A stretch of DNA of 64,000 bases from Microthyrium microscopicum (taxonomy: Eukaryota), in NCBI GenBank assembly GCA_010405405.1, contig MU004231.1, positions 124,001-188,000 on the forward strand, in the 5' to 3' direction. Each line of letters begins with the position of its first letter. Within the stretch, counting starts at the first letter, position 1. The position numbers were made by a program, and so were the translations under genes. Shown piece by piece: positions 24,854 to 38,600 of this stretch. Below the pieces are notes generated by a model that did no database searches, was not told where the DNA came from, and saw nothing but the letters and a program-made list of their open reading frames with translations.

Positions 24854-27800
24854 ATGTCCTATAACCGCCTGGGTAAGTAATTCTCTCATCTATCACGACC
24901 TGCCATTACCACTGCCACCCATAGCCTGACTACATCTTACTTGGCTCCGTGCACTGCCTGTCATTTCGTTGGCTAAACGTTCAACGGCTGGCACGGCCGT
25001 TTTATTACATCCTCTGTCAATGCGCCCTAGCTCCTTCAGAACCGCAATCTCTCCTTAAAACTATTCATCTCAACTAAACTTTGCGAATAGGTGGCGCCGG
25101 TCACGACGAAGAAGACTACATGTCTCAAGGCAATCGATATCAACCTGGCAGAATGCCTTCGCCTCATGGAGGACGGGGCAATGCCTCACCAGCATACCAA
25201 CTAGAGGACCGACCACAGCGCCGGCCCGTGGAAATACCAATGGGACCTCAAGCTTCTGTCGACAGACTCCACGGACAACCAACGGTAAGGATATGAGCTC
25301 TGACAGCAATTGAAAGATGCAGACTGACTGGCCTTCTTTCATAGTACTCTGTCGAGAACGTTGGCAACTCCTATGGCCACAACGATGCTTACGACGCCAA
25401 TTACCCTCCCCAACACCACGATTACGGTGTCAATCCTCAAGACCACCACGACGCGTACTACAATCAACCCTACGAGCCATCGCCGCAGCATCAAGATCCA
25501 CATTACTGGCAAGATGAAGCCGATACAAGACCAATGTTGGAGAGTGACACTGCATACGGTCCGAATCCACAAGAACCATATGAAGATATGCCTTCTCCTA
25601 GTCCAGCACCCATGATTCGAAGATGGAAGACTGTAAAAGAAGTGCAGCTTTTCAATGGCAATCTAGTACTCGATTGTCCAGTACCGCCAAGACTACTCAA
25701 TCAGATCCAATGCGCCAAACCTCCGGAGCGCGATGAGTTTACTCATATGCGCTACTCTGCTGCGACTTGCGATCCTTCTGAATTTACGGGCAGCCGATTT
25801 ACCCTCCGACAGCGATTGTTCGCCAAACCACGACCCACGGAATTATTTATTGTCATCACAATGTACAACGAAGAGGATGAATTGTTCGCCCGGACATTCA
25901 TTGGTGTGGTAAAGAATGTGGCTTTCATGAATTCGAGAACGAACAGTAAAACCTGGGGTAAAGATGCCTGGAAGAAGATTGTGGTTTGTGTTGTCAGTGA
26001 TGGTCGTGCGAAAATCAATAAGCGAACAAGAGCCGTGCTTGCAGCGCTTGGTGTTTATCAAGAGGGTATCGCCAAACAACAGGTCAACAAGAAGGACGTG
26101 ACAGCACATATCTACGAGTACACAACCCAATTGACACTCGAGCTCAAAAAGGGAGTTGTAGGTGTAAAGAAGAGCGAAACGCCTGTTCAAATTCTGTTTT
26201 GTTTGAAAGAAAAGAATCAGAAAAAGATCAACTCGCATAGATGGTTCTTCCAGGCTTTTGGAGAGTGCCTACAGCCAAATGTCTGCGTTCTTATCGATGC
26301 GGGTACACGACCTGGAAAAGACTCTATCTACAAGCTCTGGAAAGCATTCGACGTCAACCCACATTGCGCCGGTGCTTGTGGTGAAATCAAGGCCATGTTG
26401 GAGCACGGAAAGAAACTACTCAATCCACTCATTGCGACTCAAAACTTCGAGTACAAGATGAGCAACATCCTGGACAAACCACTGGAATCTGCCTTTGGAT
26501 TTATTTCTGTGCTTCCAGGTGCCTTCTCAGCTTACCGCTACGTTGCGCTACAAAACGACAAGACAGGTCAAGGTCCTCTAGAAAAGTACTTTGCTGGTGA
26601 AAAGATGCATGCCAACGCTGGTGTGTTTACCGCTAACATGTACTTGGCTGAAGATCGTATCCTCTGTTTCGAATTGGTATCCAAGCGGAAATGCTCATGG
26701 GTACTCCAGTACGTCAAGGGATCTACTGGCGAGACTGATGTTCCAGAAGAAATGGCTGATTTCATTCTTCAACGTCGTCGTTGGCTTAACGGTAGTTTTT
26801 TCGCTGCGGTTTATGCTTTGGCGCATTCCTATCAGATCTTCCGTAGTGGCCATTCTTTCATTCGAAAACTCATGTTCCACATTGAGTTTTTGTATCAAAC
26901 CATTAGCATGATTTTCGCGTGGTTTGCTCTTGGTAACTTCTTCTTGGTCTTTCGCATTCTCACAAACTCTCTTGGATCAGCAGATCTTCTCGGCACTGTT
27001 GGAACGATTCTCGCAGTTGTCTTTGAATGGGCTTATCTTGCGACTCTGATGACTTGTTTTGTACTCGCATTGGGTAATCGGCCGCAAGGTTCGAACAAGC
27101 TGTACATGTCCATGGTATATTTCTGGGTTGTAATCATGGGGTAAGTCACACAGTCCTCCCTATCAAATTGTGTACTAACGGTCTCAGATACCTAATGTTT
27201 GCATCCGTCTTCATCACTGTCAAATCCGTCCAACAAGAAATCAAGCAAGGCTTCCAGCTAACCGACCTCTTCAAAAACTCCGTCTTCTCCACCCTTATCG
27301 TATCTATGGCCTCCACCTACATCCTCTATTTCGTCGTATCCTTCCTATTCTTCGATCCCTGGCACATGTTTACCTCCTTCATCCAATACCTGCTCCTCAC
27401 CCCAACATACATCAACATTCTCAACGTTTACGCCTTCTGCAACACCCACGACATCACGTGGGGTACCAAAGGTGACACCAAGCCTGAAAAACTCGGCGGC
27501 GTCACAGTAGGCTCTGACGGCAAAATCAAGGTCGATCTACCGACTGAAGAAGCAGACTTGAACACACAGTACGAAAAAGAACTCTTCGAATTTTCTAAAC
27601 GCTGGGATCCACCAAAGAAGATTCCATCTCCTGAAGACAAGCAAGAAGATTACTACAAGGGTTTCCGTTCCATTGTGGTGTTGGCGTGGATGTTTTCGAA
27701 TTTGGCACTTTGTGCGGTCGTACTGGCGATTGGCGGCACGACGGTCATAATCAATCCCAATGACAAAGATTCAGCAGAGGTGCAGGCAAATGAACGGAGC

Positions 27801-27960
27801 AAGGTATACCTTAGTGTGGTGCTATGGAGTGTGGCTGGTCTCAGTGCGTTTCGCTTCTTGGGCGCGATGTGGTTCTTGGTTGTTAGAATGGTAAGTTGTC
27901 TCCCAACTCTCTGGTTCTGGGTCCTCAGACTAACTCGTAAATCAGTTCCGAGGTGTATAA
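24854..27960 (+). CDS. Chitin synthase, class I type
   Basis: MSYNRLG start; introns 24873-25090, ~25285-25343, ~27140-27188 and 27891-27945. Motifs [62 protein letters not shown]-terminus VVRMFRGV*. Class assignment rests on the N- and C-terminal signatures. Confidence 0.95.
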
Positions 27961-29057
27961 ACCACTTTTGCGAAATCAACTTATTGGCGTATTGGGGCTA
28001 GAAGCCTCTTGGTGTTCACTTAGGCGAGGCTGTTTGGGAAGAAAAAGTGAACAACGGGTTCACTTTTGTTTTCTTGCTGGCAGTCGCTCCGACTCGTGCG
28101 GATTTGTCCGACACATTTTTCGGCGTTGTGATGTTTGAATGAATGAAGCCTGTTTGTATATGTTCGATAGGGGTGGGAGATTTTTGTAGAGATACCACAT
28201 ACATACATACATTATCAATCCAGTTAGTGCTATTAAGGTCTTTGTACCTCTCAATACGTGTCCTTTTTCGTATTCTATGCCTAGAAGATGAGTCCGATGG
28301 CCATGATGAGGGGAATTGGCTCAAGCGGTATGTGTTGATTGGTAGCATTGAAATATCACTGACGCTTATAGATCCAGTTGACGTCTCGGGGACATGTTGA
28401 TTTCCACAAAACTGGTTCCGGTCTTGAATATCAATCTCGTTCTGGGATATCGAAGTCTATAATTTGTTGGTAGACACGGTTCTAAATGCTTTCATTACAT
28501 TGGTAGGGTTTCTCAACTTCCGATCCATAGTGCCCAAGTGATTCTTTGTTGCTGACATCTATTCTAGGCTTTCATGACTTGGGGAAATGAGAATTTGTTT
28601 TCCTTCTCCTGAATGATGGACTGAAGAGCTGAACACGTAAATCTTCGCTGCACCGTTCTAGAAGGGGAGCTGAGTCCTATCATCTTCTTGATTATAGGGG
28701 CCGCTCCAATAGAATGGGGCTGTTCCAAAGCCTCATGCGTAGTCCTCCGATGTCTGGAATGGCAGACGAAAATCCTGATATCATGCCAATTGCTGTTGGA
28801 TCGAGGCTCTGCAAAGTCTAGATCTACAAGGTCTAGGCGTATCAGAGTATGTTCTTTGAGTCCAATTGCCAATCTATACGTCAGGGGTTTCACTGTCATC
28901 TTCTCCGTTCAGTTGAGCAAGATATAACAAAGCTGCTACCCTTCTATTCAACCGTTTCCTATTTCAGATCCCGAAGACATTCTGGAGGCTGGTCAGTATA
29001 TGTACAGTGTCCCGTCATTCTGAACTCTATCTCCTAATACGCAATACATACTTCATC

Positions 29058-32000
29058 ATGCCTCGACCACGAACACGCACTCCTCCACCCCTTTCCCTCA
29101 CATCCAGCAACCACCACCGCCTCACCCTTCCTCCAGACCTCCCAATCCCTCCCGTTCCAGCCATCCCATCCGTCCTCCCTGACCCCTCACCAAATCCTAT
29201 CCGAGAATCTGCTCTCCCACGCCCGCTATTCTCTCCAACCAATCCCCAATCGCCTCATCCACTATCACCAAGCCCAATGCCTCCAGCTCCAGTATTCAGT
29301 GGCTCCCTATCACCCAACCAACTATCACCCCGCCCATCCTTCTCCCGACCCTCCTCATCCTCCCGCTCCGGCACCAACGGCCCAGGCCCAGGAACCGGAT
29401 CCGGCCCAGGCACACCTCGCCTCTCGCGCCAACCAGTCGGCGAAGAACTCCACGACATCAAATGCGAAGTCATGGCCAACTGGCTGCACTCCAAACAAGA
29501 AGAGAAGCGCTGGACCACCAGCGCGCCAGGAGAAGGTGTAGTCCTGAAACGCCGACGGGGCGTGTACACGTGTGCGCCCAACGAGTTGGCGTTCGATGAT
29601 GGCGAGGGTGGTGGATTTGCGGCGGCGGTTGCGGTTTTGAATGTCAAGGTATGTGTCTCATTCTATAGCATTTGAAAAGTGGTAGGTTTGCTGATTGGGT
29701 TATTGTAGGTGGCGATGACGGTGAGCACACGGGTCATTAAGATTCTGCTGCATCACAATACGCAGCCATATGTTGAGATTGATCGCGGTCTTAGGGTTCA
29801 GGTGCTGCAGAGTATGGCGCTTCTACCGAGATGCCAGAAACATCAGTTTGCGGCGTTCATTGCGGATCGGGGGTTGTTGGTTGTTTGGGATGATCAGCCG
29901 GATCAGATTGTGGGACGGGTGGAGAGATTAGAGGCGGCGGTGATGAAGACGGTGTGGGAGAATGCACTTTCGCCGACAACGCCGAAGGACGCGAGTCTGG
30001 CTGAAGCTCTGGCTACACCCGCCAAAGCTGATGGGGAAGTTGAGGGTTTGGGAGAGGGCGATGAGAAGACGGTAGCGGACACTGAGGCTGCATTGGTCGA
30101 GAAGCCGCGTAGGATTGTACTGATGCAGTCTATTCTGTGTGCTGGGACGCTGGGACTCACCGTTATCAGTTTGGCAGCTGGTTATCGTCAGATTGCGGTT
30201 GAGATTGCGGTCGATGGTAGTTATATGCGGCTTTTGTTTGTGCTCGTTCTGCTTCCGCAGGTTTGGCTTGCTTTGGTATGTTTCATCTACACTGATTGAG
30301 ATATGGTTTACTGACATCTAGAATAGTTCTTTTTCCAAGCACTCGTTGGCTCAATTGCTCAGACTATTGGCCCAATCAGTCAGATGAAAGAAAACACCAA
30401 GTTTTTCAGTGGTATTGCTCCACGTCGGCTCAGGCGTGAAGATGGTCAATTACCTCATGTCACGATACAGTGTCCCGTGTACAAAGAAGGCTTGACTGGT
30501 GTCATAGAGCCAACGATTCGCTCTATCAAAGATGCCATGTCAACATATGAAATGCAAGGTGGATCAGCGAACATCTTCATCAACGATGATGGCATGCAGT
30601 TACTGGACGAAGAAGAAGCGCAAGAGAGACAAGAGTTCTACGAAGAGCACAATATCGGCTGGGTCGCAAGACCAAAGCATTGCACAGTTGCAAAAGAAGA
30701 GGGTGATCGGGTCTTCCTTAGACGTGGCAAGTTCAAGAAAGCAAGCAACATGAACTATGCGTTGTGGGTCAGCCAACGTATCGAAGACAAACTAGCGGCC
30801 ACAGAGCGTCCACCAGCTTGGACACTCGAGCAGGAATCAGAGCTATACCACGAAGCACTCCGCCAAATCATCGAAGAGGACGAAGGCCGAACTTGGGCTG
30901 ATGGCAACGTCCGTATGGGCGACTACATCCTCCTGATCGACTCCGACACCCGTGTCCCCAAAGACTGTCTCCTCGACGCCGTCAGCGAAATGTCACAGTC
31001 ACCGCAAGTCGCCATTATCCAGCACGCATCCGGCGTCATGAACGTAACCGACTCGTTTTTCGAGCGCGGCATCACTTTCTTCACAAACCTCATCTACACG
31101 CAAATCCGCTACGCTGTAGCCAACGGCGACGTGGCGCCCTTTGTCGGCCACAACGCGATTCTTTCCTGGCGCGCCATGCAAGAAATCAGCTATCAATGTC
31201 CACATGACGAGCGAGAGAAATTCTGGTCCGAGAACACGGTCTCTGAAGACTTTGACATGGCACTCCGTCTCCAAACCGCCGGCTACCTCGTGCGCCTCGC
31301 CGCCTACTCCAACGGTGGATTCGAGGAAGGTGTATCTTTGACAGTATACGACGAACTAATGCGCTGGGAAAAGTACGCCTACGGCTGCAACGAACTCATC
31401 TTCCATCCCGTCAGCAGCTGGTTCCGCACTGGCCCATTCACGCAGCTATTCCGCAATTTTATAAAGTCCGCCATGCCACTGCCCAGCAAGATCACAATCA
31501 TGGCATACATCGGTACATACTACGCACTCGGCAGCAGCTGGCTCTTCACGCTGCTCAACTATTTTGTCGTCGGCTGGCTTTATGGCTACCAGGACAGCTA
31601 TTATAGCGATAGTTTCAAGATCATTGTCGCCATCATCGCCGTCTTTACACTGCTGGGCAACGTCGCTCTCGCAGCACTACGCTATCGTCTCGGCGAGCGC
31701 GCTCTGATACCCGCTCTTATCGAGAATCTGAAGTGGATTCCACTGCTCTTCGTTTTCCTAGGCGGCGTGAGTCTGCACGTATCACAAGCGTTACTAGCGC
31801 ACATGTTTGGCATATCGATGGTATGGGGCGCGACCAGCAAGGAGGCCGAGAATGTCAGTTTCTTTGAAGAAATTCCGCGCGTTCTTGGACGATTCAAGTG
31901 GACGTTTGTGGTGTGTGGACTGTTGACAGCGCTGATGATAATCATGGCAACAATGGCTCCAGCCATGTGGCGCATCGAGTATATGACGGCGATTGTGCCG

Positions 32001-32075
32001 TTGGCGATGGTGGTGTTTTCGCACTTTATGCTGCCAATTGTGTTGAATCCAAATTTGATGTTGTTTACTTGGTAA
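29058..32075 (+). CDS. Multi-TM GT2-family glycosyltransferase (Glyco_trans_2_3-like), paralog B; 2 introns
   Basis: Pro-rich N-terminus; introns ~29649-29708 and ~30277-30326. Motifs VTIQCPVYKE, INDDG, KKASNMN, DSD, FVGHNA, VSEDF, ELMRWEKYAYG, WGATSKE; TM helices. Confidence 0.92.
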
Positions 32076-32283
32076 GGCGAGGCTGGGATGAAATATACTG
32101 GTCGGAGGCTCCGACTTGCTGAATCATCTGGCGGGCAATTTGCGCCTCGCGCTATATTTTTTGTAATTGGACAGCGTAAAGTGTAACTATTAGTATTTAT
32201 TAGAAGACTTTATATACTAATCTCTTCTTCAAAACCGCCCCTTTATCTATAAACTCACTGCATAAGTTCTAAGCTAGCTACTA

Positions 32284-32820
32284 CTACTTTCCTTCCCACA
32301 ACACTGGAGGCATATGACTTGACCAGCTGGCCAACCTGGCTCCAAGAGATGTGTTTGAGGCCGAGGAAGTCGTAGAGGATAAAGTCGTGCTTGACGTCTT
32401 GGTAGTAGCTCGTTTCTGGACCGTAACCGTCACTGGAGGCGCCGTGTATACTCCGTATGGAGAGCGTGCTGAGGTTTGTCTCTGTGCTGACAGTACTTCA
32501 TTATTTTAATTCATGTAAAATGGAAGTATACTAATAGGTACTTATGCGTCCACAGTCACTGTGGTCGAAACTGTGACGGTGGTGACTTTGGCAACTACAG
32601 TACCTGTTGTGGCTGTAGATGTGGTTGTGGCAGCATGGCCATTGAACCTACCGCAAAATGAGCAGGCCATGGCAGCGTTCTCGAGCTTGAGTAGTACAAA
32701 AGCTACGTCTGATAGTCCAGAACACTTCAAGAAGTTACATTTATATCTGGAGAAAGTGAAACGTCACAAAGTCTTATTGTTGGATGTGCTCGTGCCTTTA
32801 ATAGCGCAGGCAACACCTTG
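32284..32820 (-). pseudogene. Possible relic of a secreted Thr/Ser-rich protein gene
   Basis: Two coding-like fragments (…AAMACSFCGRFNGHAATTTSTATTGTVVAKVTTVTVSTTV* and …TAPPVTVTVQKRATTKTSSTTLSSTTSS…). I found no convincing start or intact spliced frame. Confidence 0.3.
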
Positions 32821-32963
32821 ATCAGAACAGAATGTTAGCTAAATGCATAGAGCTGCTATTCATACACTGAAAATGCTTCGATTGTATTCATATTCTTACA
32901 AGGCCTATTTCATCCTATTGCCCGCTTCTCCCATTCAAATGCAAACAACCAGCACATCACTCA

Positions 32964-35266
32964 TCATATATTCGCACCAACTTTGGCAGCCGGACCAGCG
33001 TCCCCAGCAGCTAACGGTCCTACCACCGGAGCGCTTTTGACTGTTGCGAATCTCCTTGAGCCGCCTTCACCCATAGAGAAGAGCATGATGAGCACAAGAA
33101 CATGTAAACCAGCACAGTATAGCGCAAACAGGTTACGACTTGTTCGTGTCGCCAGCACCATGCGCGTGATTTGGAATACTGCCCGCTCCGGCACATTCAT
33201 TCGCTTAAACGCGCGAGCCGATTCTCGACTGCGGAATGCCGAAAAGGGTGATATATTCGCTTCATAAGCCGAACGATAGCGTGTGAACGCCGGCTGCTCG
33301 CCACGGCTATCAGGCTCGTCGATTTGAATAGTAGTGGGCTGCGAGGCCACCGGTGCAGCTGCTGACGCAGTACGGTTGTAGGAGGAGACGTAGCGTGTCT
33401 TCTCATAGAGCGTGAGATTGTCTTTTTGTAGCGCAGCTACTTCTGAGCGTAGGCTCTGAATGGACTGATAGGACTTTTGCAACTCAGCTTCTAGGTCAGT
33501 GTTCTTCTTTTTGAAGCGATCGCGTTGGGCTGTGATCATAGGGAGGATGCTGTTGCTGCTGGCGCCTGATTCGCCATGACGGAGTGCGTCAAGAGTGCCA
33601 CCAGGGCTGGCGGTTGGATCGAAGCCAGAAATTATGGAGGAGGTGGGCGAAGTAGAGCGCTGTCCGCGAGCGCCGCGAGCACCTTTATAGCTCGAATGTG
33701 GGTAGCGAGAGGTATATGTACCGGCCACAGACATGGCAGAAGAGGGAAAGTTGTTATCGGCTTCTTGTTGAACCTTTTCAAGGTCGCTTTCTAGTGTAGC
33801 GCAAAGATTTCGCGACTTTTCGAGCTCCATATTGTTGGCGGACATTTCCTCTTGTAAGGTCTCTAGTCGGCTTTGTAGATCTTGGTGAGATACCCTCAAG
33901 AGGGTGAGCTCGCTGCTGAGCTTCTTATTACGGGACAGGAGAAGTTGTTCTAATGTTTCTTTCTTTCCAGATGAAATGCTAAAATCCGTAGTGATAGCTT
34001 CTGCTCCAACCGTGGTGTCAAAGTCTTGATCATCATCACCTGTAGCAAATTCGATGGACTGTAACTGATGTTAGAATGAATCTCGGTTCTGCTGATGAGA
34101 ACTTACCTTTAGCACTTCTAGCTCTTGTTTAACATTATCATAGTCACTCCAGTGTTGAAGTTTTTGCCGCATTAGATCACGATCTTTCTTCAATGTACCA
34201 ACTTCGCGCTCTAGAGATTTCGTTTGTTCCGCCCATTTCCGTTTATCAGTGTCTTTATCGAGACGAACTGTCTCGAATCGTCTCATCAATGAGGAGTTTT
34301 CTGATTGTAGCCGTAGAAAAGCTGGATCATCTTCAATTGCAGAACTCCTGGATTCGGCGCTAGAAGCTTGTGCCAATTCTAATCGCAGTTGTTCATTGCG
34401 CGCTTCAACCTCCGCCAGGCGCATGCTTGTTCGATCGAGTTCAGAGTGAACAATTTCCAACTCTGCAGCAGTAGCACCAGCGCGGTTGGATTCTGCGTTT
34501 GCCTCTTCGCCCTGGTTTAGACGCTGGTTGACCTCGTAGCTAGCCTTGATTTCCTTAATCAAACGTTCCTGGTGCTCTAGCTTTTCCTCTAGGCCTTTCT
34601 CTTTGGCCTCCCAATTATCTCGCTTCTCTGACATGACCGCATTCCATGATGTTTCTACTGCCTTGATTTTATCTTCTTTAGATTCTTCTAGTGCCTGCCG
34701 AGCGGCCCTTTCTTGTTCCAGTCGTTTCTCTGTTTCCTCTAGATTCCCGCTTAATTTGCCAACTTGCTTGCGAAGCTGTTCGTTCTCATCTTGAACTTTT
34801 GGCAAAGTCTCTTCTGCGGTAACAAGCGAATCGATGGAGGCTTCAAGGAGAGGGTATGGATCGGGTGCTTCGGACAATGGCGTGTATATTTGAAGAAAGG
34901 CGGAATGTGTGGCTTTTGATTGGTTTGTGATGATATCGATATACGTCTGATATGACTTTAAGATGCTCTTGATTTCGGTAAGTTTGCCTGCATCATCAAG
35001 TTTGCGGAAATCTTTCGTCTTTTGCGCAAGATCTTTGCGCTGGACAAGAGAGTCCCGTTGGTGAGCGACTAGGTCTGATGCGGCACTATCGAGGGAGGGC
35101 ATCAACCCATTCAAATCGATGTCTTGACCTCTATTAGTAGGCGCTTGAAGAATGGGGACCAGTACGTACTGCGCCATGCGGAAATGGCCTTTTGGAACTT
35201 GTTCTCTTCTCCCTGAATCGCCGCAGAGTCCGCGGCTGGAGTATCTGTAGAGGGCGTAGACGCCAT
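32964..35266 (-). CDS. COY1: Golgi coiled-coil membrane protein CASP/Coy1
   Basis: ENKFQKAISAWR|..QRKDLAQKTKDFRKL..LKSYQTYID..APDPYPLL N-terminus, long coiled coil, ILPMITAQRDRFK..DNLTLYEKTRY CASP C-terminal motif, TM with LYCAGLH. Introns near 35170-35123 and 34106-34059. Confidence 0.93.
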
Positions 35267-35658
35267 TGCATCGATGATCAACGTTCCAGAGACATGTATC
35301 GCGATTAGTATTGAAGCGTATCAGCTAGTGGAAGTCTAGGCGCAAAAGGCAGGATGTGGAGAGGTATAAGGTTGAATTGTACACGGTGTAATGTTGCACT
35401 CGACTCAAGGAGTGAGGATGAGATGGAGTTAAGGCTGTAGATTCCGGATGTGGCTCCAGCCAACCACCAAGCACTCCAACATCCACGGGAGACGATTGAA
35501 GCTCAAGGCCCCAGCTTCCTCAACACCAACTACCATAGCTCCCGCTCCTCCAAATGATAATACCTTTCCTCGCCCTTACGGGCCTTTGCTGATCATACTC
35601 CTCTGTTACGATCCAGACGCAAAGGCATGGCCTGGAGCCCACAGCCTACCGGCACATC
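35267..35658. promoter_or_regulatory. Short divergent (likely bidirectional) promoter between COY1 and the Vps3-like gene
   Basis: Head-to-head start codons about 390 bp apart. Confidence 0.5.
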
Positions 35659-38600
35659 ATGGAAGAACCACTCGAAACGGGAACCTATGTTCTGCGAAGC
35701 CTCATCAAGAACATCGATCTTACTGCAGATGGTGAGAGCGAGACAGTTCGCATCACCTGTGTAGAGCTATGGGGTATGTTCTTTAGATATAGTCCTCTGA
35801 AAGCTACTAACAGCTTACTTAGAGGAGAATCTGTACATTGGTACATCCGCTGGCGAAGTCCTCCACCACGTCTGCTTCCCTCCTGACCCGAACTCTCCTA
35901 ATGAAGAACCTTCTTTTATTCTTGCATCACGCCAAAAGCCACCGACACTCCAAACTACCGGACAGGGTATACAACAAATTCTAATATTGCCTGCCGTTGG
36001 CAAAGCCTGCGTAATCTCGAATAATACTCTCAACTTTTATACCCTTCCAGAGCTCAGCCCAGGATATGCGAATGTCAATCCCTTGACTTGCGGATGGGTT
36101 GGTGGCGTGGATCTGGAAGCCGATCCCAAGGATCCTGCGGAAGGCGTGGCTGTCATGCTCGGTCTCAGAAGCAAAATCCGGCTTGTTGATGTTGGCAGGC
36201 AAAGCCCAAAGAGGTTTCAGGATATAGATTTTGGTGGATGTCAGACTTCAGTGCGCCGTGGAGACTTTGCATGCGTCGCAGATTCACGATCGTATGCATT
36301 ACTAGACGTTCAACAACAGCGAAAAGTGCCGCTCTTTCCAATCAGCTCTGTCGACGATCATTCTCCAGACCTCTCCAGCACTTTTTCGGATGAAGCATCA
36401 ATCGGATCCGGTACCTTGTCTCGAACAATGTCGCCCGATCCACTTCGAAACACAATACAACAAGAAAGAGGTCATAGAAAGAGCTCTAGCTTGAATGTAT
36501 TCCGAAAAGATGGAGAAGGCCTCGGCGCGGACCTGCTACGACCTGGAAGTTTGCAAAGATATGGTTTTGACTCGCCATTGTCGAGAAGAAATGGTTCTAG
36601 ACGAGTGTCTGCAGCAGATCTTCTACCAGACACTTCTCCACGTCCGGAACTTGGAAAGCCTCTTCCTTCTCTGCCCCCAGGCAGCTTTGACTCTCGCCCA
36701 GGATCCACTTCGCCCTCAAAGCCAATAGTAAGGCTCAAGCCATTGATAGCGTCCCCCAATTCACAGCTATTTCTCTTGGTCACCGGAACAGCTGTAGATG
36801 AACCTTGCGTTGGAATGTTTGTCAATTTGGATGGCGAGCTAGATCGCGGGACCATTGAATTTCCTAATTACCCGGATGCACTAGTCGTAGATGGCAACGG
36901 GCTCAACATGGCTTCTTCAATGGCTGGTGAAGAAATGGGTGATGAAGGCTATGTCTTAGCGGTCGTTCAACGGTCCACCTTCCAGGGACCCAAAAAGGAT
37001 ATTGAAATACAGCGGTGGGATATTGAGGCTGGAGAGGGTGCCAGGGCTAAGGAATGGCTTAATATTACCACTATTTATCCAAGCGCCGTGGAGGAGAGCA
37101 TTGGACTTCGTTCAATAATGGCACCTGTTAGCATTGGTATGCCCGAGGTTGCTTACAAGCTCGCGATGAAGCCAATCCATCTTGCTGCCGGCTCTGTTAC
37201 GAAGCCAGAGCCGAACACTAAACGGGAGCGTGAAGAGGAGGACTTTGTTCAAAGGCTCTGTCGCTTCAATTCTCAAATAGCCTTCTGGCATGGAGATCAA
37301 ATATCGTGGATCGTGCGCAATCCTACGGTGATGAAGCTTGACTCTCGACTAAGGCTCGCGCAAGCAACATCGATTGGATCTGATGCTCTCATCTCGCCAC
37401 AGCGGGATTTGATCCAAAATATCTTCAACGACATTCGCGATGCAAGAACCACAAACGAATTGGATTACTTCTCTCTTCGATATATTCGCCAAAAAGCTGC
37501 ATTGTTGCTCTTCATGGACCTCATAGTCCAGACAATGGCTAACGTTGTTGTCTCTGAGCAAGAGAAACAATACACCGAGCAAGCTCTGGTGGAAAGTGAA
37601 GTGGATCCCAGAATAATTTTGGCTTTCCTGCCAACTATTCAAGACGAGGTGATCCAATCAAACGAAGGCATATGGGTCCAAGGAGGTCTTCGTACGCTAT
37701 TAGAGACCTTCTTCAGCCAAAACGATTTGAATAAGCTTCCTACAACCATTCATGGTCCATACGGGGAAAACATCCTCTTCGTTGTCAAACATTTTCTTCA
37801 AATCTGGAGACGGAAGAAGGGAAATCCGAGTGTAACTGATGGCGGTCAAGTTTTTCCTACCGTCGACGCGGCATTGGTGCATATTCTATTACTGATTGAT
37901 GGGGAAGAATCATCAGGTACTTCATCATCAGGATCAGTGAGAACTGAACTTTACGCTGTTGTTGACAATGGAGTTGAAGGCTTTGAGCGCGTGGTGACGC
38001 TACTTGAACAATTCAAACGTTTGTACGTACTCAGTCGCCTTTATCAGAAGAAGAAGCTATTATCCATGGTCTTGGCAACCTGGAAGCGAATTCTCAGCGG
38101 CGAGGAAGACGCCGGAGGCGAGTTTGTTGAAGGGGAGCTAGAACTTCGAAAGTACCTGAGTAAACTCAAAGATCGAAAACTGGTTATTGAGTATGCTACG
38201 TGGCTGGCCGCGAGAAATCCCAAATTGGGTGTTCAAGTCTTTGCAGACGAAAATAGTCGAGTTACTATTCCCACAAATGAGGCTCTGCTCATTCTACGAC
38301 AAAGCGCACCGAACGCTGTCAAGGATTACCTTGAGTTCCTTGTATTTGGAAAAAAGGTAAATCCTTCCCTCCTATTATTAAACATTGAGCACTAACAGCA
38401 CTAGCAATCGCAGCATATCAACGAGCTCATCGCCTACTATCTGGATATTGTCCTCGACGAGTTGAAAGATTCACCAGAATCTCGATCCATCTTGATACAG
38501 TCTTACGAGACATATCGCGCTTTAACACCTCCGAAGCCAACATATCGCCAGTTCATCACTGATAATGCAGTTCAAGCTGAGTGGTGGCATAGTAGACTTC

